Assembly: GCA_002269645.1 (NCBI GenBank)
Contig: NIVC01002262.1
Location: 92,995-156,994 of the forward strand
DNA from: Macrostomum lignano
Lineage: Eukaryota
Direction of reading: 5' to 3'
Length of the DNA stretch: 64,000 bases
Below, in pieces: positions 51,988 to 64,000 of the stretch (position 1 is its first letter; each line of letters begins with the position of its first letter). A model generated the notes under the pieces. It had not been told where the DNA came from. It did no database searches and saw only the letters and a program-made list of their open reading frames with translations. The position numbers and the translations under genes were made by a program.

Positions 51988-52966
51988 TCAGGCCATATCA
52001 ACCATCAGCAGGCACTCAAACGTCTTCATCGAGTACCGCTTGTTAAACGGGTAGATGCCAGCAGAGTCCTTCACGCAGATTCCACGAGAGTATGTGATAA
52101 GGTGCAGCGCGGCAGGCGGGCTGACGTACGGACCGTTCGGGAACATGCAGCAGCAGGCCTGCATCCACCAGCCTCCACCATAGTTGGTAGCGCAGCTTCC
52201 CAATGAATAGTCATCGTTGTCCTGATCCCAAGTCGAGAACTTCATGCCGTTCATGTCCGAGTAGCTACTGGTGGAGCACTGCTTCACAGTCGACCTGTCC
52301 ATCAGCTGCTCTCCGACGCTCACTCTGTACTTTGTAGTCGCGCTTCGACTTGAAAGAAGGCGTTCTCCATCCAGTTCAGAGTTCCGTTCCAGTCGCTGAA
52401 CTCCCATCGAACAGGGAGAGCGGCGTCTCTCGTGAGCAGGTGCAGATTGTCCAGTCCGATCCAGAAGTTCGCGTTCTCGCCCTGTCCGAAGCCGCTCGCG
52501 TATTTGGCCCAGCTTTCGTTGAAATTGACGGAGGCGTCCACTCGGTGCTGGAATGTCCGCCAGCAAGAGCGACCGTCTCCCAGATTTCGAACCTGAAATT
52601 TGAGCAATTCCCGTCATCCAGTAGAAGCTGAGACGGCTTCAACGAAATCATGGAGACTAGAACTAATCAGCTCACCCAGACATGCGGCAGGCTGGAGTTC
52701 GCAGCATTTCTGCACTTCCTGCATCCGCGCCAGCCTCCGCGACACGCGAACAGTCGGCACAGTCTCTGAGCCTCATCGAACTGCACCGCGTGTGCAGCCG
52801 TCATTCCGCTCGAGCAGCACGCGACGGCATTTGAGGCAGCCACGGCTCCGATTTCGGTGTACTCGCCGAGCAGGTCGTCTCGAACTCGAATCCACTGCGA
52901 AATGTTTCCGCCTTCGACTGCAGCGAAAATGCCCAGCGACAGGCACAGAAAAGCATGGATTTGCAT
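51988..52966 (-). pseudogene. Secreted PAN/apple-like + fibrinogen-related (FReD) protein, copy 1. Exons 52966-52676 and 52592-51988; 1-nt deletion at ~52345
   Basis: Signal peptide MQIHAFLCLSLGIFA, Cys-rich PAN-like module, FReD motifs FQHRVDASVNFNESW..Y..GFG, FWIGLDNLH, MKFSTWDQDND, GGGWW. The frameshift is seen by comparison with copy 2 and could be a sequencing error in an intact gene. Confidence 0.75.
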
Positions 52967-54072
52967 CTCTGGCGCAGATGCAGGATATGCAGATTCACGG
53001 ATTCGGGATATCTGCCCCTGCGGTGGCATGAGAAGGGAGGAGTTTTATGCTTAGTTTCGTCCCCTTTGGGGTGAAATTCTCTTTTTGCAAGTCAAACGGG
53101 AAGGCATTCTTAGTGTTGCTCCACTGTATCCAGTGGCAGCGGTACACCTACTTGCACTCAATTCTTTAGACACAGTCGCGGAGAAATTGTGAATTGTTTA
53201 TCTGATTTGGAATTCCATTTCTATGAAATCTAGAGAATGTTCCGCAGTGAAGAGAGAGCAGCTTCAGATGGATGCCATCTGTTATGGTTCCCACGGATGT
53301 AAGAGGCAAAGTGACTCAAATTCTGCGATTTCGCTAGCCGAATCCGTCACAGTGGCTTCCAGTGGCTCACTAACCCATTGCGTGCATTACACTTATTTTT
53401 CAAAAGCTCTCAAGTTTGCATTACATTGGTGGGAGAACAAATTTCCATTTGTGGGGAAAAGTCTGGAGACTCGAGTCAGCTTCATCCCCGGCTTGCAGAG
53501 ATATTTTTCCGCGAATTGCGAGTTTAATCGAGTCCATCTAATGTGGTGATCAGTGGAGTATGGTCTTGCTTAGAAAGTTTTGCGTTTTTGATGCCTCTTT
53601 AAATGACCAATGGTGGAATGCCATGCAAGACGTCAAATTCCTGGGAACTCAATTAATTAAGCCGATGCCGTTGTCATCAGCTTTGACCGCGAAAAAAATA
53701 CTGACCACCAGCTCTGGAATCATTTAATTTACCTATTCCCTACCCAATTCAATACAACCCACTCAAAAGTTTTTTTGAAGATTTTAAGCTACCATAGTCT
53801 TGAGCCGCATCTTATATTTACTATAATAAAGTGCTTTCAGTTTCTCTTCTGACATTTATATTAACAATTTTTTGAGCATTTAATGTTATAAATAAAAAAT
53901 GACACGGTCCGAACCACGCTTTGACGCACATTGTGTACTAGAAAAGCTCAGAGAAAGCCACGGCGTGCGGTCTGCGGCCTGCACACGACACGTGCCATGC
54001 TGCAGCAGTTTCTGTGAGAACAGAATTCGAAAACTGCTTCCATAGCTCGTATAATAATGATAAATTTCACCT

Positions 54073-54372
54073 TTGGGCGATTTGGGCGACCAGACCGGGA
54101 GCTCGACCAACGAGCTCAAAGTGAGCTTCAGCTTCCAAGAGGAAGACATCGTGATACAGCTGAGCACAGTCCAGGGCCAGCTGTTTAAACTCATCAAGTT
54201 CACCTTTAAGAAACACTTGCCGCTCACTCTGGACACACCTGGACTTAAGACCTACCATGCAGAGCCTCTGCTCTTCATAATGCTGGAAAAGAATGGCATA
54301 CGTCTCAGTTTAATTAAGGCCTGGGAGTCCCACAATCTCACCACTCTGCCTCAAAGGAGTCTCTCGACATGA
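54073..54372 (+). CDS. Unassigned 99-aa ORF or coding fragment
   Basis: C/G-ending codon bias and globular-looking sequence; no recognised family or clear splice partners. Confidence 0.25.
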   Translation: MGDLGDQTGSSTNELKVSFSFQEEDIVIQLSTVQGQLFKLIKFTFKKHLPLTLDTPGLKTYHAEPLLFIMLEKNGIRLSLIKAWESHNLTTLPQRSLST

Positions 54373-54431
54373 TGCTGAGCTTCATACACTCAAGCTGCTC
54401 GCCCGATGAGTTGCATGCCGCACTTCTAAGA

Positions 54432-56545
54432 CAGACACTAAAACAGACACTAAGACACACTAAGACACACTAAGACACACTAAGACACACTAAGACAGAC
54501 ACTAAGACAGACACTAAGACAGACACTAAGACACACTGAGAGAGACACTAGGACAGACACTAGGACAGACACTAAGACACACTGAGAGAGACACTAGGAC
54601 AGACACTAGGACAGACACTAAGACACACTAAGACAGACACTAGGACAGACACTAAGACACACTAAGACAGACACTAGGACAGACACTAAGACACACTAAG
54701 ACAGACACTAGGACAGACACTAAGACACACTAAGACAGACACTAGGACAGACACTAGGACAGACACTAAGACACACTGAGAGAGACACTAGGACAGACAC
54801 TAGGACAGACACTAAGACAGACACTAAGACAGACACTAAGACAGACACTAAGACAGACACTAAGACAGACACTAAGACACACTGAGAGAGACACTAGGAC
54901 AGACACTAGGACAGACACTAGGACAGACACTAAGACACACTGAGAGAGACACTAGGACAGACACTAGGACAGACACTAAGACACACTGAGAGAGACGCTA
55001 GGACAGACACTAGGACAGACACTAAGACACACTAAGACAGACACTAGGACAGACACTAGGACAGACACTAAGACACACTAAGACAGACACTAGGACAGAC
55101 ACTAAGACACACTAAGACAGACACTAGGACAGACACTAGGACAGACACTAAGACACACTAAGACAGACACTAGGACAGACACTAGGACAGACACTAAGAC
55201 AGACACTAGGACAGACACTGAGACACACTAAGACAGACACTAGGACACACTAAGACAGACACTAGGACAGACACTAAGACAGAGATACTGGGACAGACAC
55301 TAGGACAGACACTAAGACAGACACTAGGACAGACACTGAGACACACTAAGACAGACACTAGGACACACTAAGACAGACACTAGGACAGACACTAAGACAG
55401 ACACTAGGACAGACACTAAGACAGAGATACTGGGACAGACACTAAGACACACTAAGACAGACACTAGGACAGACACTAGGACAGACACTAAGACACACTA
55501 AGACAGACACTAGGACAGACACTAGGACAGACACTAAGACAGACACTAGGACAGACACTGAGACACACTAAGACAGACACTAGGACACACTAAGACAGAC
55601 ACTAGGACAGACACTAAGACAGAGATACTGGGACAGACACTAGGACAGACACTAAGACAGACACTAGGACAGACACTGAGACACACTAAGACAGACACTA
55701 GGACACACTAAGACAGACACTAGGACAGACACTAAGACAGACACTAGGACAGACACTAAGACAGAGATACTGGGACAGACACTAAGACACACTAAGACAG
55801 ACACTAGGACAGACACTAAGACAGAGATACTGGGACAGACACTAAGACACACTAAGACAGACACTAGGACAGAGATACTGGGACAGACACTAAGACACAC
55901 TAAGACAGACACTAGGACAGACACTGAGACACACTAAGACAGACACTAGGACACACTAAGACAGACACTAGGACAGACACTAAGACAGACACTAGGACAG
56001 ACACTAAGACAGAGATACTGGGACAGACACTAAGACACACTAAGACAGACACTAGGACAGACACTAGGACAGACACTAAGACACACTAAGACAGACACTA
56101 GGACAGACACTAGGACAGACACTAAGACAGACACTAGGACAGACACTGAGACACACTAAGACAGACACTAGGACACACTAAGACAGACACTAGGACAGAC
56201 ACTAAGACAGAGATACTGGGACAGACACTAGGACAGACACTAAGACAGACACTAGGACAGACACTGAGACACACTAAGACAGACACTAGGACACACTAAG
56301 ACAGACACTAGGACAGACACTAAGACAGACACTAGGACAGACACTAAGACAGAGATACTGGGACAGACACTAAGACACACTAAGACAGACACTAGGACAG
56401 ACACTAAGACAGAGATACTGGGACAGACACTAAGACACACTAAGACAGACACTAGGACAGAGATACTGGGACAGACACTAAGACACACTAAGACAGACAC
56501 TAGGACAGAGATACTGGGACAGACACTAAGACACACTCAGACCGA
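54432..56545. repeat. 2.1-kb compound satellite of 10-14-bp units (GACAGACACTAA/G, GACACACTAA, GAGATACTGG) with higher-order blocks
   Basis: Read directly. Confidence 0.95.
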
Positions 56546-56809
56546 CTCCGATGGAAACAAAGTGCTGACAACCAGAGCATCAGTCAGCAGCGCATGCAAT
56601 CGCGTGCAGCAGTCGGACAGGAAATGGATGCAGCTTCCGTTTTAACCGGAAGAGAAAGTATGAATATGTAATATGTAATGGCATCTCCCATTGACGTTCA
56701 GCAGTTTAAAAAGCATTTGTCGGATATTTTTGGGAATTTAAGAAGCATAAATTTTTCTGTTGTCCCTCATTTTCTCTGAACTATTTCTGAGCCCTCAATC
56801 GACATCCCA

Positions 56810-58348
56810 ATGCCCAGACATTGCCTCAGCTTCGTGTTGCTTCTTCTGCTTCTGTGGCAGCAGAGCTCGATTGGAGAAAAAATGGTCAGCTTCAGCTACA
56901 TCGGGTACTTCATCGACACCGCTGACCGGGACCTGGCGGGACTCGCTGGCCAGAGCTCCGTCCAGGGGCACTTGGTGAAAAATTATTTCCTACTAAACTC
57001 TGGCATGACTCACGAGTTCTGCAGTGACATTTGCTCAGCGCTGGACTTTCTGTACTTTGCACTGCAAATTGGCAACGAGTGCTTCTGCAGCAACTCCTAC
57101 GGCAGATTCGGCCGGAGACAGGAGATTGAGTGCGGCTCGGCTTGTTCAGAAATGCGGTGGAGGCTACCGAAACTCGGTCTTCAGGCTGGTCTATAACGGC
57201 AAGTAATCGGAACCATGGTTGTCAAAAAGCGGGTCTGTGAGCCAAGGTTTTAGGTGGGTGTCAGATAGGGCGCCAATCAAGGCTGTCAGATGTGGCGCCA
57301 ATCAAGGCTGTCAGAGGGGGCGCCAATCAAGGCTGTCAGAGAGGCGCTAATCGAGGCTGTCAGAAAGGGCGCCAATCAAGGCTGTCAGATGTGGCGCCAA
57401 TCAAGGCTGTCAGAGGGGGCGCCAATCGAGGCTGTCAAATGAGGCGCCAATCAAGGCTGTCAGAGAGGCGCCAATCGAGGCTGTCAAATGAGGCGCCAAT
57501 CAAGGCTGTCAGAGAGGCGCTAATCGAGGCTGTCAGATGAGGCGCCAATCAAGGCTGTCAGAGGGGGCGCCAATCGAGGCTGTCAGATGAGGCGCCAATC
57601 AAGACTGTCAAAGGAGGCGCCAATCAAGGCTGTCAGAGGGGGCGCCAATCAAGGCTGTCAGATGAGGCGCCAATCTAGGGTGTCAAATGAGGCGCTATGA
57701 GCTATTCTGGTGTCATGTGGCGCCAATCAAGACTGTCAGAGGGGCGCCAATCGAGGCTGTCAGATGAGGCGCCAATCTAGGGTGTCAGATGAGGCGCTAT
57801 GAGCTAGTCTGGTGTCATGTGGCGCCAATCACGACTGTCAGAGGGGGCGCCAATCTAGGGTGTCAGATAGGCGCTATGAGCTAGTCTGGTGTCATGTGGC
57901 GCCAATCACGACTGTCAGAGGGGGCGCCAATCTAGGGTGTCAGATAGGCGCTATGAGCTAGTCTGGTGTCATGTGGCGCCAATCACGACTGTCAGAGGGG
58001 GCGCCAATCTAGGGTGTCAGATAGGCGCCATGAGCTAGTCTGTGGTGTCATGTGACGCCAATCTTTGTTTTGATGATGCCATCGTTGACACAAAAGCCAA
58101 CTGCTGATGTTCCCAGGTGGCAGCCAGTACTTCGAGATGGCAGCTGACCGCACCGCCGTCTCCATCTCACCTGAGCGATCGTCCATCGCTCGCACCTGGT
58201 CGAGTGCGCCACCGAATGCCAGGCATCCGTCAGCTGTCGGGCTGTGAAATTCTCCCGAAAGCTGCAGCTCTGCCGTCTGTTTGCATCAACGGAGCTCTCG
58301 GTAGCCGCGCCCGGAACCACCAATGAGGAGGTCATTGTCCGCGGCTAA
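56810..58348 (+). pseudogene. Secreted WSC-domain + PAN/apple-domain protein with two frameshifts. Exons ~56810-57198 and 58117-58348
   Basis: Signal peptide and WSC pattern (MTHEFCSDIC...YFALQIGNECFCSN...EC...C, then a shift to CGGGYRNSVF). A putative GC donor at 57199 joins in phase to CCCAG|58117. PAN pattern LVECATECQASVSCRAVKFSRKLQLCRLF follows a 1-nt shift near 58197. Confidence 0.65.
57265..58062. repeat. ~27-bp minisatellite (GGCGCCAATCAAGGCTGTCAGA...) grading into a ~52-bp unit, filling the WSC-PAN intron
   Basis: Read directly. Confidence 0.92.
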
Positions 58349-59328
58349 GTGGACCGGCTTGCAGCTATACTTTAACGAAAGCAAGAAAAAGAGCAAAGAA
58401 AGGGATATTCACTTCAAATCAGCTTCTACTGTTAGTAGCACAGTACGCTGCGGAGATACGAGTAAATTTCGTTTTAAATAGCAAATTTCCTTTTATAGCA
58501 ACAATTTGCAATTTGAATTTTGCACAATTTCTTTCTACAGTTGATAAAGCTGCAAGGGTGTCAGCTGCAGCATGCGAGGCTCCTACTGTTGATATTCATA
58601 TTCAGGCTTATTTAAGTTTGCATAATTTAACATACACGAACTTTTCAAATGTTTTCCAATGCAGAAAATATGAACTGTATCTTCTGGGTATTGCAATCAA
58701 AAAAGCTATGCTCTATGAAGCTGATTTGAGATACCAAGAAAGTTGCTTTTATCTCTAATATAATATCTAAACAGTTTTAAAGATCCAGTCTGAAGATCCT
58801 TGTGCACCCTGGCGCACTCCAAGCGACATTGTCACACAACCTCAGAATTCGAACCTAGGTCTCTGCATTAGCATTTCAGTCTGTTCAATCTAGGCTAGTT
58901 CTCATCGAATCGATGACATGAATTGTAGGTAGCACTAATAACTCAACACTTGCATCAACTCGGTGAGAGTAAAAGTCATACGAAGCCGTACCGACTTCTC
59001 AGTCAGTCAGTAACAGTCTGCATTCAAGTTAAAAATTGGAAATATTAATAGTTAAAGTCAAATTTCAGCCTACGAGTACTTCAAGACCTCAGGACCGATG
59101 TACACCCTGTGTCCCTGTGTGAGCGAGTGTGTGAGTGGTGTCTGAGTACAGAATTGGCGAGCTTGTCTGTGCTCAGGAAAGGGCCGAATTGCGTCAGTGC
59201 TGGTTGTGGGACGATCTCGCTGAAGGCGTTGCGCCAGGGTGCACAGAAGTCTACTCCATTTATCATTATTAATATTATTACTATTATTATTATTGTCATT
59301 ATTAATAATATCATTAATGCACTATAAT

Positions 59329-59512
59329 GCACAGTCTCTGAGCCTCATCGAACTGCACCGCGTGTGCAGCCGTCATTCCGCTCGAGCAGCACGCGATGGA
59401 ATTTGCGGCAGCCACGGCTCCGATTTCGGTGTACTCGCCGTGCAGGTCGTCTCGAACCCGAATCCACTGCGAAGTGTTTCCGCCTTCGACTGCAGCGAAA
59501 ATTCCCAGCGAC
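59329..59512 (-). pseudogene. Isolated fragment of the PAN-like exon 1 of the FReD gene family
   Basis: Near-identical to ~52757-52940; its 3' (sense) end stops at an (ATT)n tract. Confidence 0.8.
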
Positions 59513-60246
59513 GGGCTTAGCTGCATTTTGCCATTGAATTCGCATATGGCAAATTCAATGATATAAAAGCATTGTAGAATAGGCTTTTATGCTGCACTGT
59601 ACGCCCCAGTGCAGAAGTATCCATCTGTATTTCATCCAAAGGGATGCATATCAAGTCCTTAATCAGCTCATTGCAAGAAATAATTTTGCCTGAGGGTGTC
59701 AAGTTGGTTCACTTGAGCACTGATTAAAAATAGATTTATTTATCAGTATCATTTGGTCGGAGTCAGGACTCAACTATTTTCTATTTTTTTGCTCCGTGGC
59801 TCCTCCAACGAACGAGTGCATTGGTTGTTCATCTGTAGAAATGAGAGCTATAAGGGGCCAACTGCGGGGCCGACGGAGCAAAGGGAACTGAGGAGATGAT
59901 TCATATTTCAACCGTGCTTAATGCGAAACCAACTGAAAGCAAGCTAATAGTTCAAAATTTGAGCATTTGCGATCGGCTACTTTTAAAAATACTTTAGAGC
60001 GGTATTTCGCCCCTGGTGTTTGCGATTCTAGTCATTAGATATTTCGCATCTGCATGTGACAGACTATGAAAAAGTTTCGGGGACCGCTGTACACCCTGCG
60101 TGAGCGTGTGTCTGCGTGCGTGCTCAGGTTCGGCGGAATGGCCGTTTGACACCTCGCTGGCTGCGAACCAACTGTCTCATTAAATTGCTGCTGTGCTCGA
60201 AGCCACCATGGCTATTTAGGCTGCAAAGCTCTTTCTGGTGCAGCTC

Positions 60247-60838
60247 TTACCGAAGTGTCTGTTACCGAAGTGTCTGTTACCGAAGTGTTTGTTACCGAAG
60301 TGTTTGTTACCGAAGTGTCTGTTACCGAAGTGTTTGTTACCGAAGTGTCTGTTACCGAAGTGTTTGTTACCGAAGTGTCTGTTACCGAAGTGTCTGTTAC
60401 CGAAGTGTTTGTTACCGAAGTGTTTGTTACCGAAGTGTCTGTTACCGAAGTGTTTGTTACCGAAGTGTTTGTTACCGAAGTGTTTGTTACCGAAGTGTTT
60501 GTTACCGAAGTGTCTGTTACCGAAGTGTCTGTTACCGAAGTGTTTGTTACCGAAGTGTTTGTTACCGAAGTGTCTGTTACCGAAGTGTCTGTTACCGAAG
60601 TGTTTGTTACCGATGTGTCTGTTACCGAAGTGTCTGTTACCGAAGTGTCTGTTACCGAAGTGTCTGTTACCGAAGTGTCTGTTACCGAAGTGTCTGTTAC
60701 CGAAGTGTCTGTTACCGAAGTGTCTGTTACCGAAGTGTCTGTTACCGAAGTGTCTGTTACCGAAGTGTCTGTTACCGAAGTGTCTGTTACCGAAGTGTCT
60801 GTTACTGAAGTGTCTGCTACCGATGTGTCTGTTATCTT
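60247..60838. repeat. 15-bp minisatellite (TTACCGAAGTGT(C/T)TG), ~39 copies
   Basis: Read directly. Confidence 0.97.
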
Positions 60839-61691
60839 TCAGACTTAGTCTACTGATAAGTAGAGTGTAGCGCGAAAAGCTTGCATGGCGGGCAAAGAAA
60901 TGTCGCCATGCAAGAGCAGAGTGCAAGAAATTTCTGTTCGTCCCAGCTGATGGATGAAATCCCGTCTTGGTCAGGCCAACTGAAGAAGTCTACAGGGACG
61001 GAAAAGGGTCCTGGCAGTATCCTCCGGCGTTCGATTCCACTTTTAGCTAGCTGACATAACCTAAGTGAGGTTCAGGTGTTATTGCAATCGTATACTCTAC
61101 CTGCTGCTGTACATGCCTCTATACTCTGGTGTAGGCGGGGGGGTTGCCCATGCACCCGGCTCATCTTGTCTACGCCGCAATTTCTCAATTTGTTTATGTA
61201 TTTTTTACGAATCAACAAATAAACAAATAACGCTTGGCTCCAATTCCGTTGGGCATGGGATTTGCTTTCTCGGTCTCTGCCAGCTTATTTCGCAACTGCT
61301 TTGACTTGCTTGGCTCCTTCCGGCGTGTTTAAAACGTAATTTTAACGCATTCCAAGCTAACTTTACTCACGTAGCCCTGTGAACTTTTCGAATACACGTA
61401 CGACGCTATTACAGAATTTCAATAGATAAATATTGAAGTTTGAGTCGAGTTATTTTGATGCCAGAACTTAACAACTTGTCTCACATCGCACAAGAGGGCT
61501 GCAAGTTTACTTTCATAAGTATATTTCATAATTACGATGTTGTCTTCCTTAGACTCGAGAAAAGCAGCGCAGTGCATCACAATTAGAGCATGCGATCAGT
61601 GACTTCTTCCTGTTCCTGTCTGTCTGTTGATGTCCGACTTTCACTTGTGATTTTATTGCTAACATGCAAACTTTTTATTCCTTTCCAGCTC

Positions 61692-62671
61692 TCAGTCCAT
61701 GCCAACCATCAGCAGGCTTTCAAACGTCTTCATCGAGTACTCCTTGTTCCAAGGGTAATTGGCGTCTCTGTTCTTCACGCAGATTCCACGGGAGTATTTC
61801 GGGAGATTTAGCGCGGCAGGCGGCCTCACGTACGGACCGTTCGGGAACAAGCAGCAGCAGTACTGCATCCACCAGCCTCCACCATAGTAGGTAGCGCAGC
61901 TTCCCGATGAATAGTCATCGTTGTCCTGATCCCAAGTCGAGAACTTCATGCCGTTCATGTCCGATTCGCTACTGGTGGAGCACTGCTTCACAGTCGACCT
62001 GTCCATCAGCTGCTCTCCGACGCTCACTCTGTACTTTGTAGTCGCGCTATCGACTTGAAAGAAGGCGTTCTCCATCCAGTTCAGAGTTCCGTTCCAGTCG
62101 CTGAACTCCCATCGAACAGGGAGAGCGGCGTCTCTCGTGAGCAGGTGCAGATTGTCCAGTCCGATCCAGAAGTTCGCGTTCTCGCCCTGTCCGAAGCCGC
62201 TCGCGTATTTGGCCCAGCTTTCGTTGAAATTGACGGAGGCGTCCACTCGGTGCTGGAATGTCCGCCAGCACGAGCGACCGTCTCCCAGCTTTCGAACCTG
62301 AAATGTGAGCAATCCCGTCATCCAGTAGAAGCTGAGACGGCTTCAACGAAATCATGGAGACTAGAACTAATCAGCTCACCCAGACATACGGCAGGCTGGA
62401 GTTCGCAGCATTTCTGCACTTCCTGCATCCGCGCCAGCCTCCGCGACACGCAAACAGTCGGCACAGTCTCTGAGCCTCATCGAACTGCACCGCGTGTGCA
62501 GCCGTCATTCCGCTCGAGCAGCAACGCGACGGCATTTGAGGCAGCCACGGCTCCGATTTCGGTGTACTCGCCGAGCAGGTCGTCTCGAACTCGAATCCAC
62601 TGCGAAATGTTGGTGCCTTTGACTGCAGGGAAAATGCCCAGCAACAGGCACAGAAAAGCATGGATTTGCAT
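61692..62671 (-). pseudogene. Secreted PAN/apple-like + FReD protein, copy 2. Exons 62671-62380 and 62297-61692; 1-nt insertion at ~62523
   Basis: The FReD exon is intact (606 nt). Exon 1 has one extra base relative to copy 1, which could be a sequencing error. Confidence 0.75.
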
Positions 62672-63457
62672 CTCTGGCGCAGATTCAGGATACTTGCTGC
62701 TGCAGTATCCTACAATCCGGAGTTCCAAACACTTTTTCTACGTGAGCATGGGAGCTGGAGGTGCTTTATGCTTAGCGTCCTCCCCACCATGGTGTGAAAT
62801 TCTTTTTTCCTTTCCAGAAGACAGAACAGAGAACTCGGCCGGTCAAATAGGAAGGCATTTCTTAGTGTTGCTGCACTGTATCCAGGGACAACGTAAGCCT
62901 GCTTGCACTCAATTCTTTAGACACGGTCTTGGAGAAACCGTAAACTGTTTTTCTAGTATGGAATTCTATTTCTATGAAATCCAGAGAATTTTTCTCAGTG
63001 AAGAGAGAGCAGTTTCTTTTTCAGTTGGATGCTATCTGTTATTGTTTCCACAGGTGCAAGTGGCGAAGGGAGCAAAGTGCTGCGATTTCACCAGCTGAAT
63101 CCATCGCAGTGGCTTTTAGTGGCACCGTCAGTTTTAGTTTAAAAAGAAGAGGAACTGTTTGACAAAATTGTCCAGTGTGAAAAGTATAGTCAAAGAAAGC
63201 TTTTCACTTAAAAGAAGAAGCAAAATCAAGAAAGGCTGGCTTTTGTCCTTGTTGCTTGCATAATCCTTGGCCTGCAGTTATTTTCCTATGAATTGAGAGT
63301 TTAATACTCATTAAGTCTTCAAGTGGTGAGCGCAAGTCCGAAGTCCCTAGGTACTTTTCCGGTGAGGTCAAGCTATTTTTGGGGTTAAGAATCGGGGCTG
63401 TTGGCCCCAGGACCCCAGGTCCTGCACAAAATGGCGTGGTGAATTCTGTAAGAGTCT

Positions 63458-63720
63458 GGCCTTTGTGTCCTTGAGCAAGGCACTTAACTCTGCATTGCTT
63501 CAGTTCACTCAGCTGTAAAATGGGTGCCAGCATTAGCTGGGGTAATGGAGAGTGTGTGGCAACCCCCAGTCCTTGGACTGAACAGGCGTACGCAGCTTTC
63601 AGATGCGCCTCGCAATAGCTGAGCTGGCGGTTGCACATCTGGCCATTAGGACAGGTGTAATCAATTATAAAATGGATAATTATTATTACTATTATTATTA
63701 TTGTTGTATTATTATTTTGT
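63458..63720 (+). mobile_element. 5'-truncated copy of the SINE at 39576, followed by an extended (TTA/TTG)n tail to ~63850
   Basis: Matches from TTTGTGTCCTTGAGCAAG onward and lacks the A/B boxes. Another SINE fragment starts at ~63961. Confidence 0.85.
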
Positions 63721-64000
63721 ATTATTATTGTTGTAGTAGTATTGTTTAGTATTGTTTATTGTTTAGTATTGTTGTTGTATTATTATTATTGTTATTATTA
63801 TTATTATTGTATTATTATTACTATTATTGTTATTATTGTTATTATAGTACATTAAAAAAATTTCAAATGTACTTTCGATCGGATGTTAAGAGGCTCATGC
63901 TGACTTTCAAGCATGTCTCCTCCTTGTCTGTCTCCGTCTGCCTGTCTCTGCTTGTCTGTCTGCGGCTGAGCTGGCGGTTGCACATCTGCCCATCAGGGCC

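Noticed and set aside
60116-60926. Several 200-aa pentapeptide-repeat ORFs (RSVCY, PKCLL, TEVSV, NRHFG)
   Set aside because: The 15-bp unit is open in multiple frames on both strands, and there is no unique flanking coding sequence.

Overview
Eukaryotic, animal-type genomic DNA. The GC-rich, Ala/Gln-rich exons and the minisatellite-packed introns resemble a free-living flatworm such as Macrostomum; the taxon is an inference. I reconstructed these genes by hand from splice sites and frame continuity: a GATA1/2/3 transcription factor (+, 1254-5577), a 186-aa uncharacterised protein (-), an NPY/NPF neuropeptide precursor (-, 10642-15112), an 8-exon SLC30A1/ZnT1-type zinc exporter (-, 18467-28149) and four tandem, divergent, signal-peptide-less CAP/GAPR-1-like genes (-, 37.4-47.0 kb). 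A decaying cluster of secreted PAN/apple, WSC and fibrinogen-related (FReD) lectin-like genes follows at 50-63 kb. Mobile DNA includes an internally deleted mariner, a 9-bp-TSD foldback/MULE-like element, a tRNA-derived SINE with a truncated second copy, a degenerate LINE and a Myb/SANT relic. The most striking pattern is that nearly every long intron carries its own tandem repeat next to a splice site, and several repeats contain splicing signals: a branch-point microsatellite in a GC-AG intron, a roughly 42-copy array of GT...AG units, and inverted satellite arms pairing the two ends of the NPF intron. All functional interpretations are hypotheses; no searches or computations were run.
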